This document shows positions 33,194-43,950 of a DNA stretch of 64,000 bases, one piece after another. Origin of the DNA: Oscillospiraceae bacterium (GTDB taxonomy: Bacteria > Bacillota > Clostridia > Oscillospirales > Ruminococcaceae); NCBI GenBank assembly GCA_017414435.1, contig JAFQMN010000004.1:10375-74374 (forward strand). Reading direction: 5' to 3'. The notes below the pieces were generated by a model. The model saw only the letters and a program-made list of their open reading frames with translations, had not been told where the DNA came from and did not search any database. The position numbers and the translations under genes are program-made. Each line of letters starts with the position of its first letter. Positions within the stretch are counted from its first letter, which is position 1.

Positions 33194-34186
33194 TTATGCT
33201 GCTTTCTTAAAAAGTTCGTTGCCATGTGAATTTAAAATAGTATAGTAATCTTTATATATATTTAATTGCAGTGTGCCATCTTGTTGTGTCGAGAAATATT
33301 TTATATTATTTTTAGAAAGTCTATTCAACACTTTTTGGCTTGGATGCCCATATTCGTTAAACCCAACAGAAATAAAAGCAACATCTGGCTGCACCGCTTT
33401 TAAAAAGTTTGATGTTGTCGATGTTCTGCTGCCATGATGTGCAATATCTAGTACATTGCTTTTTAGTGAAGAATTATTTTTTATTAGGTCTTTTTCTGCA
33501 GCTTTTTCTATATCACCTGTACTTAAAAAAGACCAGTTGTTATAGCTAATTTTTGTGACTAACGAAGCATTATTTAAGTTGTTGTACTTTTTGCCCGATT
33601 CTGAAAGTATATTAACTGTTGATGGTCCAAGTTTAAATTCTTCGTTTGCTGCTACGCAGCGCAATTTGGTTTTTTTGTTAAGTAATACCCTCAAAAATTT
33701 TTCATATGTAGGTGTAGTAGGTATTATATCCTCTTTTATTTCAGGCATCAGCACTTCCCCTACTTTAAAATTCTTAATAACCTCTGCTGCTCCACCAATA
33801 TGGTCGTTATGCGGGTGCGTTATTATTAAGTAATCTAGCTTATCTTGTTTCTTTTGCTTTAAAAAATCCACAACTCTAGCACCATATTCAACATCACCTG
33901 CATCTATAAGCAAAGTATGACCCTCACTTCTTACAAAAATACTTTTACCTTGTGCCACATCAATCTCAAAAATAGTAAGTATTCCTTCTGGTATGTTTTT
34001 AACTGTGTTTGTTTTTATGTTAAAATATTCCAGAATTTTATCGATATCTACCTGTTTTATTTTGAATTTCCAATTGCCATAATCTTCTTCACTAATAAAA
34101 ATCGAGCCTAAAGCTCCAACAAATAAGACCACCAAACAAATGATATAAGTTTTTACTTTTCTTCTAAAACCAAACTTAGCTTTCAT
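33194..34186 (-). CDS. Membrane-anchored MBL-fold metallo-hydrolase (ComEC C-terminal-domain-like)
   Basis: N-terminal TM helix, HxHxDH motif (ITHPHNDHIGG), a later DIAHHGS, and GHP. I prefer the start at ATG 34186 (MKAKF...; GAGAGGA upstream) over the track start 34216. Confidence 0.7.
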   Translation of the reverse strand: MKAKFGFRRKVKTYIICLVVLFVGALGSIFISEEDYGNWKFKIKQVDIDKILEYFNIKTNTVKNIPEGILTIFEIDVAQGKSIFVRSEGHTLLIDAGDVEYGARVVDFLKQKKQDKLDYLIITHPHNDHIGGAAEVIKNFKVGEVLMPEIKEDIIPTTPTYEKFLRVLLNKKTKLRCVAANEEFKLGPSTVNILSESGKKYNNLNNASLVTKISYNNWSFLSTGDIEKAAEKDLIKNNSSLKSNVLDIAHHGSRTSTTSNFLKAVQPDVAFISVGFNEYGHPSQKVLNRLSKNNIKYFSTQQDGTLQLNIYKDYYTILNSHGNELFKKAA

Positions 34187-34191
34187 GTTGT

Positions 34192-36597
34192 TTAATCCTC
34201 TCTTCTGTTCTCCCATTCAAGCCATTCAGCCTTAGACATTAGTACTTTACGCGGCTTGCTGCCAATGCTTTCGCTAACTATACCTTGTTCTTCCATCTCG
34301 TCTAAAATTCTAGCTGCACGCGAATACCCTACCTTTAGTTTTCTTTGCAATAATGAAGTTGATGCCTGACCATATTCTACAACACACCTAATAGCTTTAT
34401 GCATCAACTCATCCATTTCTGCATTTTTTTCTGCCACTTCAGCTTTTGCACCTGATTTCTCTTTAATTACATGCTTTTCAATCTCATTTATAACTTCTTC
34501 ATCATAATCTATATTTGCTTCTTGCTTAACAAAATCTGTAACTCGTTCTATCTCTTCATCTGACACCAAACAACCTTGTATTCTTTGCGGTTTGCTCTGC
34601 CCTACTGGTAAAAACAGCATATCTCCACGGCCTAAAAGCTTTTCCGCCCCAGAAGAATCTATAATTGTTCGTGAATCTACCTGCGAAGAAACCGCAAAAG
34701 CTATTCTGCTTGGAATATTAGCCTTTATTATTCCAGTTATAACGTCTACCGACGGCCTTTGTGTTGCAATAACCAAATGCATACCCGCCGCTCTTGCCAT
34801 TTGAGCGAGCCTACAAATAGAATCTTCCACATCATTTGGTGCCACCATCATTAAATCCGCCAATTCATCGATTATTATCACAATCTGCGGTAATTTTTTT
34901 AAGCTTTCATCTGTTTTTGCAAGTTCGTTATAACGCTTAAAATCACGTACTGAATTTTCGGCAAATAATTTGTATCTGTTTAGCATTTCGCACACAGCCC
35001 AACCTAAAGCTCCTGCTGCTTTCTTAGGGTCTGTAACCACCGGAATTAACAGATGTGGAATTCCGTTATAAATACCTAACTCAACAACTTTTGGATCGAT
35101 TAGTAAAAGTTTCACATCTTCTGGCGAGGCTTTGTAAATTAAACTTACTATTAGTGAATTTATACATACAGATTTACCCGAGCCCGTTGCACCCGCAATT
35201 AGCAGATGTGGCATTTTAGAAATATCTGCAATGGATATATTCCCAGAAATATCTTTACCTAAAGCAACTGTTAACTTACTTGGACTTTTTTGAAATTTTT
35301 CTGATTCTATTATCTCACGGATATTAACTACACTTGTTATTTTATTAGGCACTTCAATTCCTACTGCAGATTTGTTTGGAATTGGAGCTTCTATTCTTAC
35401 TCCGGCAGCTGCTAAATTTAAAGCAATATCATCTGCTAAATTTGTTATCTTGCTAATTTTTACTCCCACAGATGGTTGTAGTTCATACCTTGTAACAGAA
35501 GGGCCGCAAGATATTTCTGTAATTGTTGCACCCACTCCAAAATTTTTAAGTGTTTCGGTTAATTTTGCAGCTGTAGCGTGCAACTCTTCATTTCTTTTTC
35601 CAAAATCAACATTCTTAGGCGCTTTTAAAAATTCTATATTAGGAGCTTTATAGCTTTCTTCACTCAACGTTTCATCTGCTTGCAAAGCATCAAACATTTC
35701 CGTTTTTTCAAGTTTATCTGCTTTATAGTTATCTGGATTATTTTCTTGTTCTTTTTTCTCTATATGGTTTTCTGAAACTAAGTTCAACAACTCATCTTCT
35801 GTTCCGTTTACCTCTATTTCATCTGGTAATTTTTCAAAATCTTCCAACATATTCACTGTATTTAATTTTTCATCTTCCACTTGGGCAACGTTATTAATTG
35901 GTTCTATTTGCTGTGGTTCTTCTGTCTCCTCTTGTTCAATTTTATCTAATCTAGCCATATCTTTAAGCCAAGATTTATCTTTTTTACAACAAGCATCGAC
36001 TCTATTTTTGAGTTGCTGCTTTTCTAACTGTTGTTCTTTTACCTTTGTTACTTTATTCTGCGCTTTATTTTTTGCCCTTTTTATTGTCTCATAAATATCT
36101 ATTATTGTTATACCAAAAACTAACATTATAAAAGCTAAAATTAAAATTGCTATAATTATGCCGGCTCCCCAAGTTCCACACAGCTTTAACAATGGCCACG
36201 CTAATATGCCAGAGATTAAACCACCACCGTAGTTTATCCCCTGTTCGTAACAATCTCTTATTGCCGCTAAAAAGTTTGTTTGTTGAAGTAGTTCAGACAG
36301 TGTGAAAATATTTGTTATTGCGCCCAAAAACAGAATAAGCAAGATGCTTTGCATAGTTCTTGTTAAAGCCGATGTTTTTGACTTTTTGGATGTTAGAATT
36401 ACTGAAATATATACAAAGATTGGCCCTAATAGAAATGCACTCCAGCCAAACATTCCAAATAACACTCTGTGCACTATTAACCAAGCTGAATCTCCCTCTA
36501 TTAAAGCTATTGAAAATAATAACAGCCCTAAAGTTAATAACAAAACACTTTGATTTTGCCGTGTGTTTTTTGTCTTATTGATCTTTTTTTTCGCCAT
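34192..36597 (-). CDS. ftsK: DNA translocase FtsK/SpoIIIE
   Basis: 801 aa. N-terminal TM helices, an acidic linker, a motor domain with Walker A AGATGSGKSV and Walker B IVIIIDELADL, and a C-terminal winged-helix gamma domain (QASTSLLQRKLKVGYSRAARILDEME). Confidence 0.95.
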   Translation of the reverse strand: MAKKKINKTKNTRQNQSVLLLTLGLLLFSIALIEGDSAWLIVHRVLFGMFGWSAFLLGPIFVYISVILTSKKSKTSALTRTMQSILLILFLGAITNIFTLSELLQQTNFLAAIRDCYEQGINYGGGLISGILAWPLLKLCGTWGAGIIIAILILAFIMLVFGITIIDIYETIKRAKNKAQNKVTKVKEQQLEKQQLKNRVDACCKKDKSWLKDMARLDKIEQEETEEPQQIEPINNVAQVEDEKLNTVNMLEDFEKLPDEIEVNGTEDELLNLVSENHIEKKEQENNPDNYKADKLEKTEMFDALQADETLSEESYKAPNIEFLKAPKNVDFGKRNEELHATAAKLTETLKNFGVGATITEISCGPSVTRYELQPSVGVKISKITNLADDIALNLAAAGVRIEAPIPNKSAVGIEVPNKITSVVNIREIIESEKFQKSPSKLTVALGKDISGNISIADISKMPHLLIAGATGSGKSVCINSLIVSLIYKASPEDVKLLLIDPKVVELGIYNGIPHLLIPVVTDPKKAAGALGWAVCEMLNRYKLFAENSVRDFKRYNELAKTDESLKKLPQIVIIIDELADLMMVAPNDVEDSICRLAQMARAAGMHLVIATQRPSVDVITGIIKANIPSRIAFAVSSQVDSRTIIDSSGAEKLLGRGDMLFLPVGQSKPQRIQGCLVSDEEIERVTDFVKQEANIDYDEEVINEIEKHVIKEKSGAKAEVAEKNAEMDELMHKAIRCVVEYGQASTSLLQRKLKVGYSRAARILDEMEEQGIVSESIGSKPRKVLMSKAEWLEWENRRED

Positions 36598-36618
36598 TTT
36601 AAACTGCTCCCTAGAACT

Positions 36619-37332
36619 TTAAACCCGAAATCCAGATATATTAGCTCTGCAAATTGCGCCAAAAATACGATTTTTAACACCTTTATTAGCTTTTTCTAAA
36701 TTAGCTAAATACGTTTTCATTTCAGCTCTTGCTGAAATTTTATTGTTTGGACATGGGTTTTTTAACACATTAAATTGCATTTTAGAAATTGCTCGTTTTA
36801 TATCTCGCTCTTGAACATAAACTAGTGGTCTTATAAGATAAATGTCTTTACGGCTTAAATAAGTTTTTGGTGCAAATGTTGCAATGCGTCCCTCGTTAAA
36901 AAGATTTAGCATATAAGTTTCAATAACATCATCTAAATGGTGGCCTAGTGCTAGTTTGTTGCACCCTTGCAACTTTGCTGTATCGTGAAGAACTCCTCTG
37001 CGCATTCTTGCACACAAACTGCACGGATTTCTTTCTTTTCTTATGTTAAATACTATTTTAGCTATATCTGTTCGCTCTATTTTAAAATCGACTTTTAGCT
37101 GATCACAAACTAGTTTTAAATTAAGCAATTCTTCAAAATTACCAAAACCTATATCTATGGTTATAGCAGTTAAATTTATAGAACTATCTATATAATCACG
37201 ATACTTAGCTAAAATATACAATAAAACTAAAGAATCTTTACCTCCACTCAAACCTATAGCAATTTTATCTTTAAAAGCAATTAATTCGTACTGTTCTACC
37301 GCTTTGCAAACCTGATTTAATATTTTTTGCAT
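36619..37332 (-). CDS. PP-loop ATP pyrophosphatase, TtcA-like tRNA thiolation enzyme
   Basis: SGGKDS PP-loop (GLSGGKDSLVL), CSLCARMRRG, and GHHLDD motifs. 237 aa. Confidence 0.7.
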   Translation of the reverse strand: MQKILNQVCKAVEQYELIAFKDKIAIGLSGGKDSLVLLYILAKYRDYIDSSINLTAITIDIGFGNFEELLNLKLVCDQLKVDFKIERTDIAKIVFNIRKERNPCSLCARMRRGVLHDTAKLQGCNKLALGHHLDDVIETYMLNLFNEGRIATFAPKTYLSRKDIYLIRPLVYVQERDIKRAISKMQFNVLKNPCPNNKISARAEMKTYLANLEKANKGVKNRIFGAICRANISGFRV

Positions 37333-37500
37333 AAAGCAATTCCTTTATATTTTTAAATAATTGTAACATAAAAAAGTTAAAAATGCAAATCTACATTACT
37401 ATTGTTATTCCATAAATTTTATCAGATTTTTAATAGACCGTTTAGTTTATATAACAAGAGATATATTTTAAAAATATACTTCATTATCATATAATATTAT

Positions 37501-37529
37501 TTGCTTTTTGAATCTTTTTGTAGTATAAT
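37501..37529 (+). promoter_or_regulatory. Candidate sigma-A promoter upstream of rny
   Basis: TTGCTT (37501-37506), a 17-nt spacer, then TATAAT (37524-37529). This would give a leader of about 210 nt. Confidence 0.4.
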
Positions 37530-37744
37530 ATTTTTGTATTAGTATATAAATATTAATAAATAATTATAGTGTTAGCTTACCCAACAACAAATAGAAAGGG
37601 TACTGCTCTTGCTTTTGCACATTAATTTCTTACTATTAAAATAAATATTCAAAATATTAATTGGAGTTGATTTGAAAATTTTTAATATTTCTCAACTGCT
37701 AACAAAGCAGTTTATAATCTAGGAATTTTTGCGCACAAGTTATT

Positions 37745-39325
37745 GTGCAGTATATGGTGAATTATGTGAACATTAATCTTTTTACATTTATTTCTATTAT
37801 AATAATATTATTTATTACTTTTTGTTTATTATCATTTAAACTGGGCTCTAGCCACAGAAAACACGTTGCCGAAGCTACAATTAAAAGTGCTGAAGAAGAA
37901 GCCAAAAAAATTATTAACGACGCTATTAAATCTTCTGAATCTAAACGTAAAGAAGTTATTATTGAAGCCAAGGATGAAGCTTTTAAAATCCGCAGCGAAA
38001 CCGATAAAGAACTTAAAGAAAGACGTTTAGAAATATCACGTCAGGAACGCAGAATTACTCAAAAAGAAGAAGCTCTTGAAAAAAAGGTTGAAAATATCGA
38101 AAAAAGAGAAGAACTAGTTGCAACCAAGTTAAAAGAAATAAATAACAAACTAGACGAAGTTGAAGCCGTTAAAAAACAAGAATTCGACTTGTTAGGGCGC
38201 ATATCTGGTCTTTCAAAAAATCAAGCCACAGAAAAATTTCTTTCTATGTTAGAAGAGGAATTGACTCATGAAAAAGCTTTGAAAATTTCAGAATATTCAC
38301 AAAAATTAATCGAAGAATCTGAATCTAAGGCTAGAGATGTTATATCGCAAGCCATTCAGCGCTATGCAGCAGATGAAGTTACAGAAATTACTGTATCTGT
38401 TGTAAGTTTGCCGAATGATGACATGAAAGGGCGTATTATTGGGCGAGAAGGCCGTAATATAAGAACTCTAGAAACACTGCTTGGTATAGACCTTATAATA
38501 GATGATACTCCCGAAACAATTACTATTTCTTGCACCGATCCTGTGCGTCGTGAAATTGCAAGGCTTACCCTCCAAAAATTAATAACAGACGGTCGCATTC
38601 ATCCAGGACGGATTGAGGAAACTGTGGAAAAAGCCAAAAACGAGCTTGACCATAAGATGAAAGAAGATGGTGAACAAGCTATACTAAATCTTGGCATTCA
38701 CAATATGCATCCTGAATTGGTTAAATTAATTGGTAAGCTAAAATATCGCACTAGCTATGGGCAAAATATATATCTGCATTCAATTGAAGTAGCAAATCTT
38801 GCGGCAATGATGGCTGCAGAACTAGGTTTAAATGTAAATGTTGCTAAACGTGCTGGTTTACTGCATGATATTGGCAAAGCATTAAGTTTTGAAGTTGAAG
38901 GCTCTCATGTGCAGATTGGAGCTGAAATTGCTAAAAAATATAAAGAATCTCCTGCTGTTGTTCATATTATTGAATCTCACCACAACGATATAGCTCCAAA
39001 TTCAGCTGTTGCATTTTTAGTTCAAGCAGCAGATGCAATATCTGCCGCACGGCCAGGAGCTAGAAAAGAAAATATTGAAAAATTCATAAAAAAAATTGAA
39101 AAACTTGAAGAAATTGCCAATTCTTTTGCTGGAGTGGAAAAATCTTATGCTATTCAAGCTGGGCGAGAAATTCGTATTATGGTAAATCCTGAAGATATAA
39201 ATGACGATGAAATGACTATTTTAAGTCGTGATATTGCCAAAAGAATTGAGCAAGAACTTGAATATCCAGGCCAAATTAAAGTTAATGTGATAAGAGAAAA
39301 AAGAGCAATTGATTATGCCAAATAA
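37745..39325 (+). CDS. rny: Ribonuclease Y
   Basis: N-terminal TM helix, a coiled-coil region, the KH domain ([38 protein letters not shown]), and the HD domain (GLLHDIGKA...ESHH). It is near-colinear with B. subtilis RNase Y. The exact start (GTG 37745 or ATG 37754) is uncertain. Confidence 0.95.
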   Translation: MQYMVNYVNINLFTFISIIIILFITFCLLSFKLGSSHRKHVAEATIKSAEEEAKKIINDAIKSSESKRKEVIIEAKDEAFKIRSETDKELKERRLEISRQERRITQKEEALEKKVENIEKREELVATKLKEINNKLDEVEAVKKQEFDLLGRISGLSKNQATEKFLSMLEEELTHEKALKISEYSQKLIEESESKARDVISQAIQRYAADEVTEITVSVVSLPNDDMKGRIIGREGRNIRTLETLLGIDLIIDDTPETITISCTDPVRREIARLTLQKLITDGRIHPGRIEETVEKAKNELDHKMKEDGEQAILNLGIHNMHPELVKLIGKLKYRTSYGQNIYLHSIEVANLAAMMAAELGLNVNVAKRAGLLHDIGKALSFEVEGSHVQIGAEIAKKYKESPAVVHIIESHHNDIAPNSAVAFLVQAADAISAARPGARKENIEKFIKKIEKLEEIANSFAGVEKSYAIQAGREIRIMVNPEDINDDEMTILSRDIAKRIEQELEYPGQIKVNVIREKRAIDYAK

Positions 39326-39359
39326 AACAAAAACCTCTTTGCAAAGAGGTTTTTGTTTT
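39324..39359 (+). terminator. Rho-independent terminator after rny
   Basis: AAAACAAAAACCTCTTT-GC-AAAGAGGTTTTTGTTTT, overlapping the TAA stop of rny. Confidence 0.75.
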
Positions 39360-39391
39360 ATATCTATTTACGTTTTTAAGGAGTTAGTAAT

Positions 39392-40180
39392 ATGACCAAT
39401 TTAAAAGCTTTAAGAATACTTGCTATTGGTGATGTTGTAGGGCCCGCAGGATGCCTTTGTTTAGAAGCCTGTTTGCCCAAAATAAAACAGCAGTACAAGG
39501 TTGATGTTGTAATTGCTAACGGAGAAAATTCATCACAACACAATGGCATTTCTCACAATTCTGCAAAAAGAATTCTAAATGCTGGTGTTGATGTTATAAC
39601 CACTGGTAATCATGCTTTTAAAAATTATCAAGCTGCTAGCGTTTTTGAGCAATATCCTTGTGTTCTGCGCCCCGCCAATTTTCACCACAGTTTGCCAGGA
39701 GTTGGGTTTTTCACATTAGACCTCGGAAATTGCCAAGTTTGTGTGATAAACTTAATAGGTAATGTATATATGCCAAATACCAATGCTAATCCATTTGATA
39801 CAATTGATACTATTTTAAAACATAATCAAACTAAAATTACTTTGTTAGATTTTCACGCGGAAGCCTCTGCTGAAAAAAAAGCTTTGGCCTTTTATGTAGA
39901 TGGGCGTGTATCTGCCGTATTTGGAACGCATACACACATTCAAACAGCCGATGAACAAATTTTACCTTTGGGAACTGCATATATCACTGACCTTGGTATG
40001 ACCGGACCTGCTATATCAGTACTAGGGATTTCCCCTGAAATTGCAATTAAAAAACAAATTACCGGTCTGCCCGTTAAATTTGAACTGGCCTTGGGGCAAT
40101 GCGAAATTTGTGGCGCTATTATAGATATTTCTACAGAAACAGGAAAAGCAATAAATATAGAAAGATTTAGACTTGTTTAA
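39392..40180 (+). CDS. ymdB: YmdB-family metallophosphoesterase (2',3'-cyclic-nucleotide phosphodiesterase, TIGR00282-type)
   Basis: ILAIGDVVG, NGEN, TTGNH, DFHAEA.EK, and GTHTH.QTADE motifs. Conserved rny-ymdB synteny. Confidence 0.85.
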   Translation: MTNLKALRILAIGDVVGPAGCLCLEACLPKIKQQYKVDVVIANGENSSQHNGISHNSAKRILNAGVDVITTGNHAFKNYQAASVFEQYPCVLRPANFHHSLPGVGFFTLDLGNCQVCVINLIGNVYMPNTNANPFDTIDTILKHNQTKITLLDFHAEASAEKKALAFYVDGRVSAVFGTHTHIQTADEQILPLGTAYITDLGMTGPAISVLGISPEIAIKKQITGLPVKFELALGQCEICGAIIDISTETGKAINIERFRLV

Positions 40181-40187
40181 TTTATTT

Positions 40188-41234
40188 TCACATTTTACTA
40201 TTAACCATTTTTATAATTTCTTTCGCTATTCTTTCGCTTCCTAAGCCGTCAACCAAATCAGTTAATTTCTGTTTGTAATACCTTCTTAGTTCATAACTAT
40301 TAAACAGTTTATCAAATACATGGTTTAACTTATTAAAAAACTCTTCTATCGAATCTCTTACATCACCTATGCTAATCACAATATCATGTTCATGCAGCCA
40401 TTTTACTCCTTGTTTCTGGTTGTCTGCTAACGAAAAACATATAGTTGGCACTTTACATGCACATAATTCATACAAAGTAGTACCCCCTGCAGAAATTGCA
40501 ATGTCACTTTTTTGCATAAGTTCAGCCATATTAGGCGGTGTTACTTCTAATTCTAAATTTATATATCTTTTTTCTAACTTTTCGAGCTTTGCCAAATTAG
40601 TGCTTAAACTCCCAGCTACTAAAATTACTTTACATTGCGGAATTTTATTACATATAAACTCTGCAATCTTTTCTCCAACCCCAAACTCATCTGTTCCGCC
40701 TGTGGTTATTAATATTTTCTCTGGTATTTGTTTAGTTTCGGTAATCCGCCTCTTACATTTAAATTCAGCTCGTAAAGGGGCATATTGTTGACCCAATAAC
40801 AATTTTGTTTTTGCCCTTTTAGTTTCATATAAGTTTGTGTATGCTTCTTTGTTACAATAAAATGAATAATTTATAACCATGCTGCAATCTGCAAAGCAAT
40901 TTGTATAATCATCAATATATATAATTTTAGTTTTTTTGCTTAAATTCCTTATATATTTCTCAGTAACAAAATAACTATCTAATACCATAGCTTGTGGTCG
41001 GTTTTTCTCTATTATATCAGTAATCTTTTCTATTTCAAGTTCTAAATTTTGCCATTTGCTATTTAAACATATAAACTCAAACTTATCCGCTAAAATTTGG
41101 TCTCGCATAGAATCGTTTGCAGCTATAAAAATACATTCTTGCCCTAAATCTCGCAAACTATGTGCAATAGCTTTACACCTCATTACGTGCCCTGAGCCTA
41201 TCTCTTTATTACCATCTGCTCTAAAATAAATCAT
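40188..41234 (-). CDS. PseG-like UDP-sugar hydrolase / GT28-type glycosyltransferase
   Basis: The N-terminus MIYFRADGNKEIGSGHVMRCKAIAHSL matches the PseG opening (RADxxxxIGxGHxMRC). The C-terminal half is GT-B-like (GGTTLYEL). Its start overlaps the tilS stop by 4 nt. Confidence 0.55.
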   Translation of the reverse strand: MIYFRADGNKEIGSGHVMRCKAIAHSLRDLGQECIFIAANDSMRDQILADKFEFICLNSKWQNLELEIEKITDIIEKNRPQAMVLDSYFVTEKYIRNLSKKTKIIYIDDYTNCFADCSMVINYSFYCNKEAYTNLYETKRAKTKLLLGQQYAPLRAEFKCKRRITETKQIPEKILITTGGTDEFGVGEKIAEFICNKIPQCKVILVAGSLSTNLAKLEKLEKRYINLELEVTPPNMAELMQKSDIAISAGGTTLYELCACKVPTICFSLADNQKQGVKWLHEHDIVISIGDVRDSIEEFFNKLNHVFDKLFNSYELRRYYKQKLTDLVDGLGSERIAKEIIKMVNSKM

Positions 41235-42589
41235 CTTTCTACCTCAATCAAAAGTACTTCCTTTGTCTTTTCATCCAAAGCCACCCTCTGCGCTACTCCA
41301 AATCCATTAACCCAAATCGGCCCCTCATTATCCGCTAGCACCAAACAAGATTCTCGCTCTTTTTGTGGCAGTTTGTATTCATTAAATAGCTTTTTTAATG
41401 TTTTTGTACAGTTCCTCCCATTTAGTTTAATAGAATCTCCTGGCACTTTAAAGCGCACAAGTAGGTCTCCATTTGTTTTTTTAAAATCAATAGCATTGTG
41501 AATTATTAAATTACTATTTTTTCGTCTTTCATTATATTCCTGAATGGAAATTGCCACTAGTTTTAACTTTTGCTTTCTGCTAACTTTATACTCTCCTGGC
41601 AGTACAATTTTAATAGGTGTAAAATCATTCTCTTTTGACTCTTTTGCTATTTTTTCAATGCTTAAAACATCATCTCTTACTATACAAAATATATCGTTAT
41701 GTAAGTTTATTTTTCCAAATCCAATGTTTATAGCATCTTCTATCAATTCAATTTTTTTTGCATCACATAATATATTTACTTGGGTCAATATTTCTTTTAT
41801 ACTCCTAAATTTTATACTAGCTGGCAAGTTTTTAATTTTAGAAACGTAAAATTTGTTGGGTGAAAGCTGTATTTCTTTTATTGCTTTAAGCGTTTCGTTT
41901 TGTAAAAATTCTTCATCTGCTGTAAGATTATTATACATTCTTTTAAAAACTTTCGCAAAAGATGGATTAACTATAAATAATTTCGGCATAATTTCATGCC
42001 GAATTCTATTGCGCTTATATTCCAAATCATTATTTGTGCTATCATTTACAAAATCAAGGTGATTGTCTTTAATATATTCTTCAATTTGAGTTCTAGAAAT
42101 TTCTATTAAAGGTCGAATAATTTTGCCACGTTTAGCCGGAATTCCACATAAACCTTTAAGTCCAGTACCTCTAGTGAGGTTTAAAATCACAGTTTCTATA
42201 CTATCATTCAATGTATGCGCGGTTGCAATTTTAGCATTTAGCTTACTGGCCAGCTTATTAAATATATTATATCTAACTTCTCTAGCCATTTCTTCTAATG
42301 ATTTGCCATTCTTTCTAGAAAGCTCTGGTACATTAATTGTTTCTACAAATAATGGGATACTCAAATTTTTGCATAAAATCCGCACAAAATCTTCATCTCT
42401 TTGTGCCTCTTGGCCTCTAATTTGATGATTAACATGGCACACCCAAATATTAAATGAATACTCTTTTAAACTATTAAGCAGATGTAATAGCGTTACCGAG
42501 TCTGCCCCACCAGAAAGTGCTACTAAAATATTGTCATTTTGTTTTAGCATGTTAAATTTATTAATTGTTTTCACAACTTTAGTTCTCAT
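41231..42589 (-). CDS. tilS: tRNA(Ile)-lysidine synthetase
   Basis: PP-loop VALSGGADSVTLLHLL, HVNHQIRG, TAHTLNDS.ET, and a C-terminal TilS domain. I set the start at ATG 42589 (MRTKVV...; GGAG 9 nt upstream), because the longer track ORF would overlap dnaB by 190 nt. Confidence 0.85.
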   Translation of the reverse strand: MRTKVVKTINKFNMLKQNDNILVALSGGADSVTLLHLLNSLKEYSFNIWVCHVNHQIRGQEAQRDEDFVRILCKNLSIPLFVETINVPELSRKNGKSLEEMAREVRYNIFNKLASKLNAKIATAHTLNDSIETVILNLTRGTGLKGLCGIPAKRGKIIRPLIEISRTQIEEYIKDNHLDFVNDSTNNDLEYKRNRIRHEIMPKLFIVNPSFAKVFKRMYNNLTADEEFLQNETLKAIKEIQLSPNKFYVSKIKNLPASIKFRSIKEILTQVNILCDAKKIELIEDAINIGFGKINLHNDIFCIVRDDVLSIEKIAKESKENDFTPIKIVLPGEYKVSRKQKLKLVAISIQEYNERRKNSNLIIHNAIDFKKTNGDLLVRFKVPGDSIKLNGRNCTKTLKKLFNEYKLPQKERESCLVLADNEGPIWVNGFGVAQRVALDEKTKEVLLIEVER

Positions 42590-43931
42590 CCCTGTTCCAC
42601 TCCACACTTTCGAATTTGGTATATTGTCCATCCCAACTGAGTGAAACTTTATTAGTTTCGCCATGCCTGTTTTTAGCCACAATACATTCTGCCATATTAG
42701 GGAATTCCGATGCTTTATTATAATAAGAATCTCTGTATAAAAACATAACAACATCAGCATCTTGCTCAATTGAACCAGATTCTCTGAGATCAGAAAGTTT
42801 TGGTTCGTGGTCTGTTCTAATATCCGGACTGCGCGAAAGTTGCGATAATGTTATTACAGGAACATCAAGTTCTTTAGCCATAATTTTTAAGCTGCGCGTT
42901 ATCTCCGAAATCTCTTGCACACGATTATCATATCTACGATTCCCTGTAGACATTAACTGCAAATAATCAATAATTACTATGTCTACCCCACCCAAACGTC
43001 TAACTTTTGCTTTCATTTCAGAGGTTGTGATATTCGCTGTATCATCTATATAAATTGGGGCATTAGAAAGTTCTTGTGCCGCTTGAGCAAGGTTTTCCCA
43101 ATCTTCTAATTCCAGATTGCCCATTTTTAATGTATTGTTCGGTATTCTTGATATATAAGATAAAACTCTAGTTACAAGTTGCTCTTTACTCATCTCTAAT
43201 GAAAATAAAGCAACTTTTTTATTATATCTAAGTGCAACATTAGTAGCGATGTTAAGAGCAAAAGCAGTTTTTCCCATGGCCGGGCGCGCAGCAAGTAAAA
43301 TTAAATCCGATTTATTAAGCCCCATTAAAATTCTATCAAGCCCAGTAAATCCTGTTGGTATACCTATATAATCTTCTTTGTCTGCACTAGAAAGCCGCTG
43401 TAAATTGTCATATGCCCCAATAACAATTTCACCGATCTTTTGTAACCCTTTACTTTTGTTATTCTGCCTTAATTCAAATATCGATTGCTCCGCAAAATCT
43501 AACAAACTATTTGCATCATTGCTGAACTCATTTGAGTTGTTAATAATATTATGAGCAATTAAAATTAAGCTTCGAACATAAAATTTTTCCTTAACTATTT
43601 TAGCATAACTCACTATATTCTTAGTTGTAGGTGCAAAGTTTGCTAGTTGAGTTAAATATTCCTTTGCTTCACTTTCTGAATTGAATATATTATTTGTTTT
43701 CACTTCTTCTAAAACTGTCACAATGTCTATTGGAATGGAAAGTGCGAACATTCTTACAAAAATATTATAAAGTTCTTTGTTAGGCTGAATATAAAAATAT
43801 TCTGGTGTTAAAATGTCTACAACTTCTAAAAAAGATTGGCTATTTAATAAAATTGCTCCTAAAATAGCCTGTTCTGCTTCTGCACTAAATGGCAATTGTT
43901 CAATACTCAAGTTCTGATCAAAACTTTCCAT
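42579..43931 (-). CDS. dnaB: Replicative DNA helicase (DnaB family)
   Basis: 450 aa. N-terminal PFSAEAEQAILGAILL, Walker A ARPAMGKTAFALN, IIDYLQLM, and RSLK.LAKEL.VPVI.LSQLSR. Confidence 0.95.
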   Translation of the reverse strand: MESFDQNLSIEQLPFSAEAEQAILGAILLNSQSFLEVVDILTPEYFYIQPNKELYNIFVRMFALSIPIDIVTVLEEVKTNNIFNSESEAKEYLTQLANFAPTTKNIVSYAKIVKEKFYVRSLILIAHNIINNSNEFSNDANSLLDFAEQSIFELRQNNKSKGLQKIGEIVIGAYDNLQRLSSADKEDYIGIPTGFTGLDRILMGLNKSDLILLAARPAMGKTAFALNIATNVALRYNKKVALFSLEMSKEQLVTRVLSYISRIPNNTLKMGNLELEDWENLAQAAQELSNAPIYIDDTANITTSEMKAKVRRLGGVDIVIIDYLQLMSTGNRRYDNRVQEISEITRSLKIMAKELDVPVITLSQLSRSPDIRTDHEPKLSDLRESGSIEQDADVVMFLYRDSYYNKASEFPNMAECIVAKNRHGETNKVSLSWDGQYTKFESVEWNRDEN

Positions 43932-43950
43932 AACATTAAATCTCCTTAAA

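Noticed and set aside
42590-42769. A long N-terminal extension of tilS (track ORF start 42769) overlapping dnaB by about 190 nt.
   Set aside because: The extension has no TilS similarity. The PP-loop domain begins right after the internal ATG at 42589, which has a GGAG upstream and overlaps dnaB by only 11 nt.
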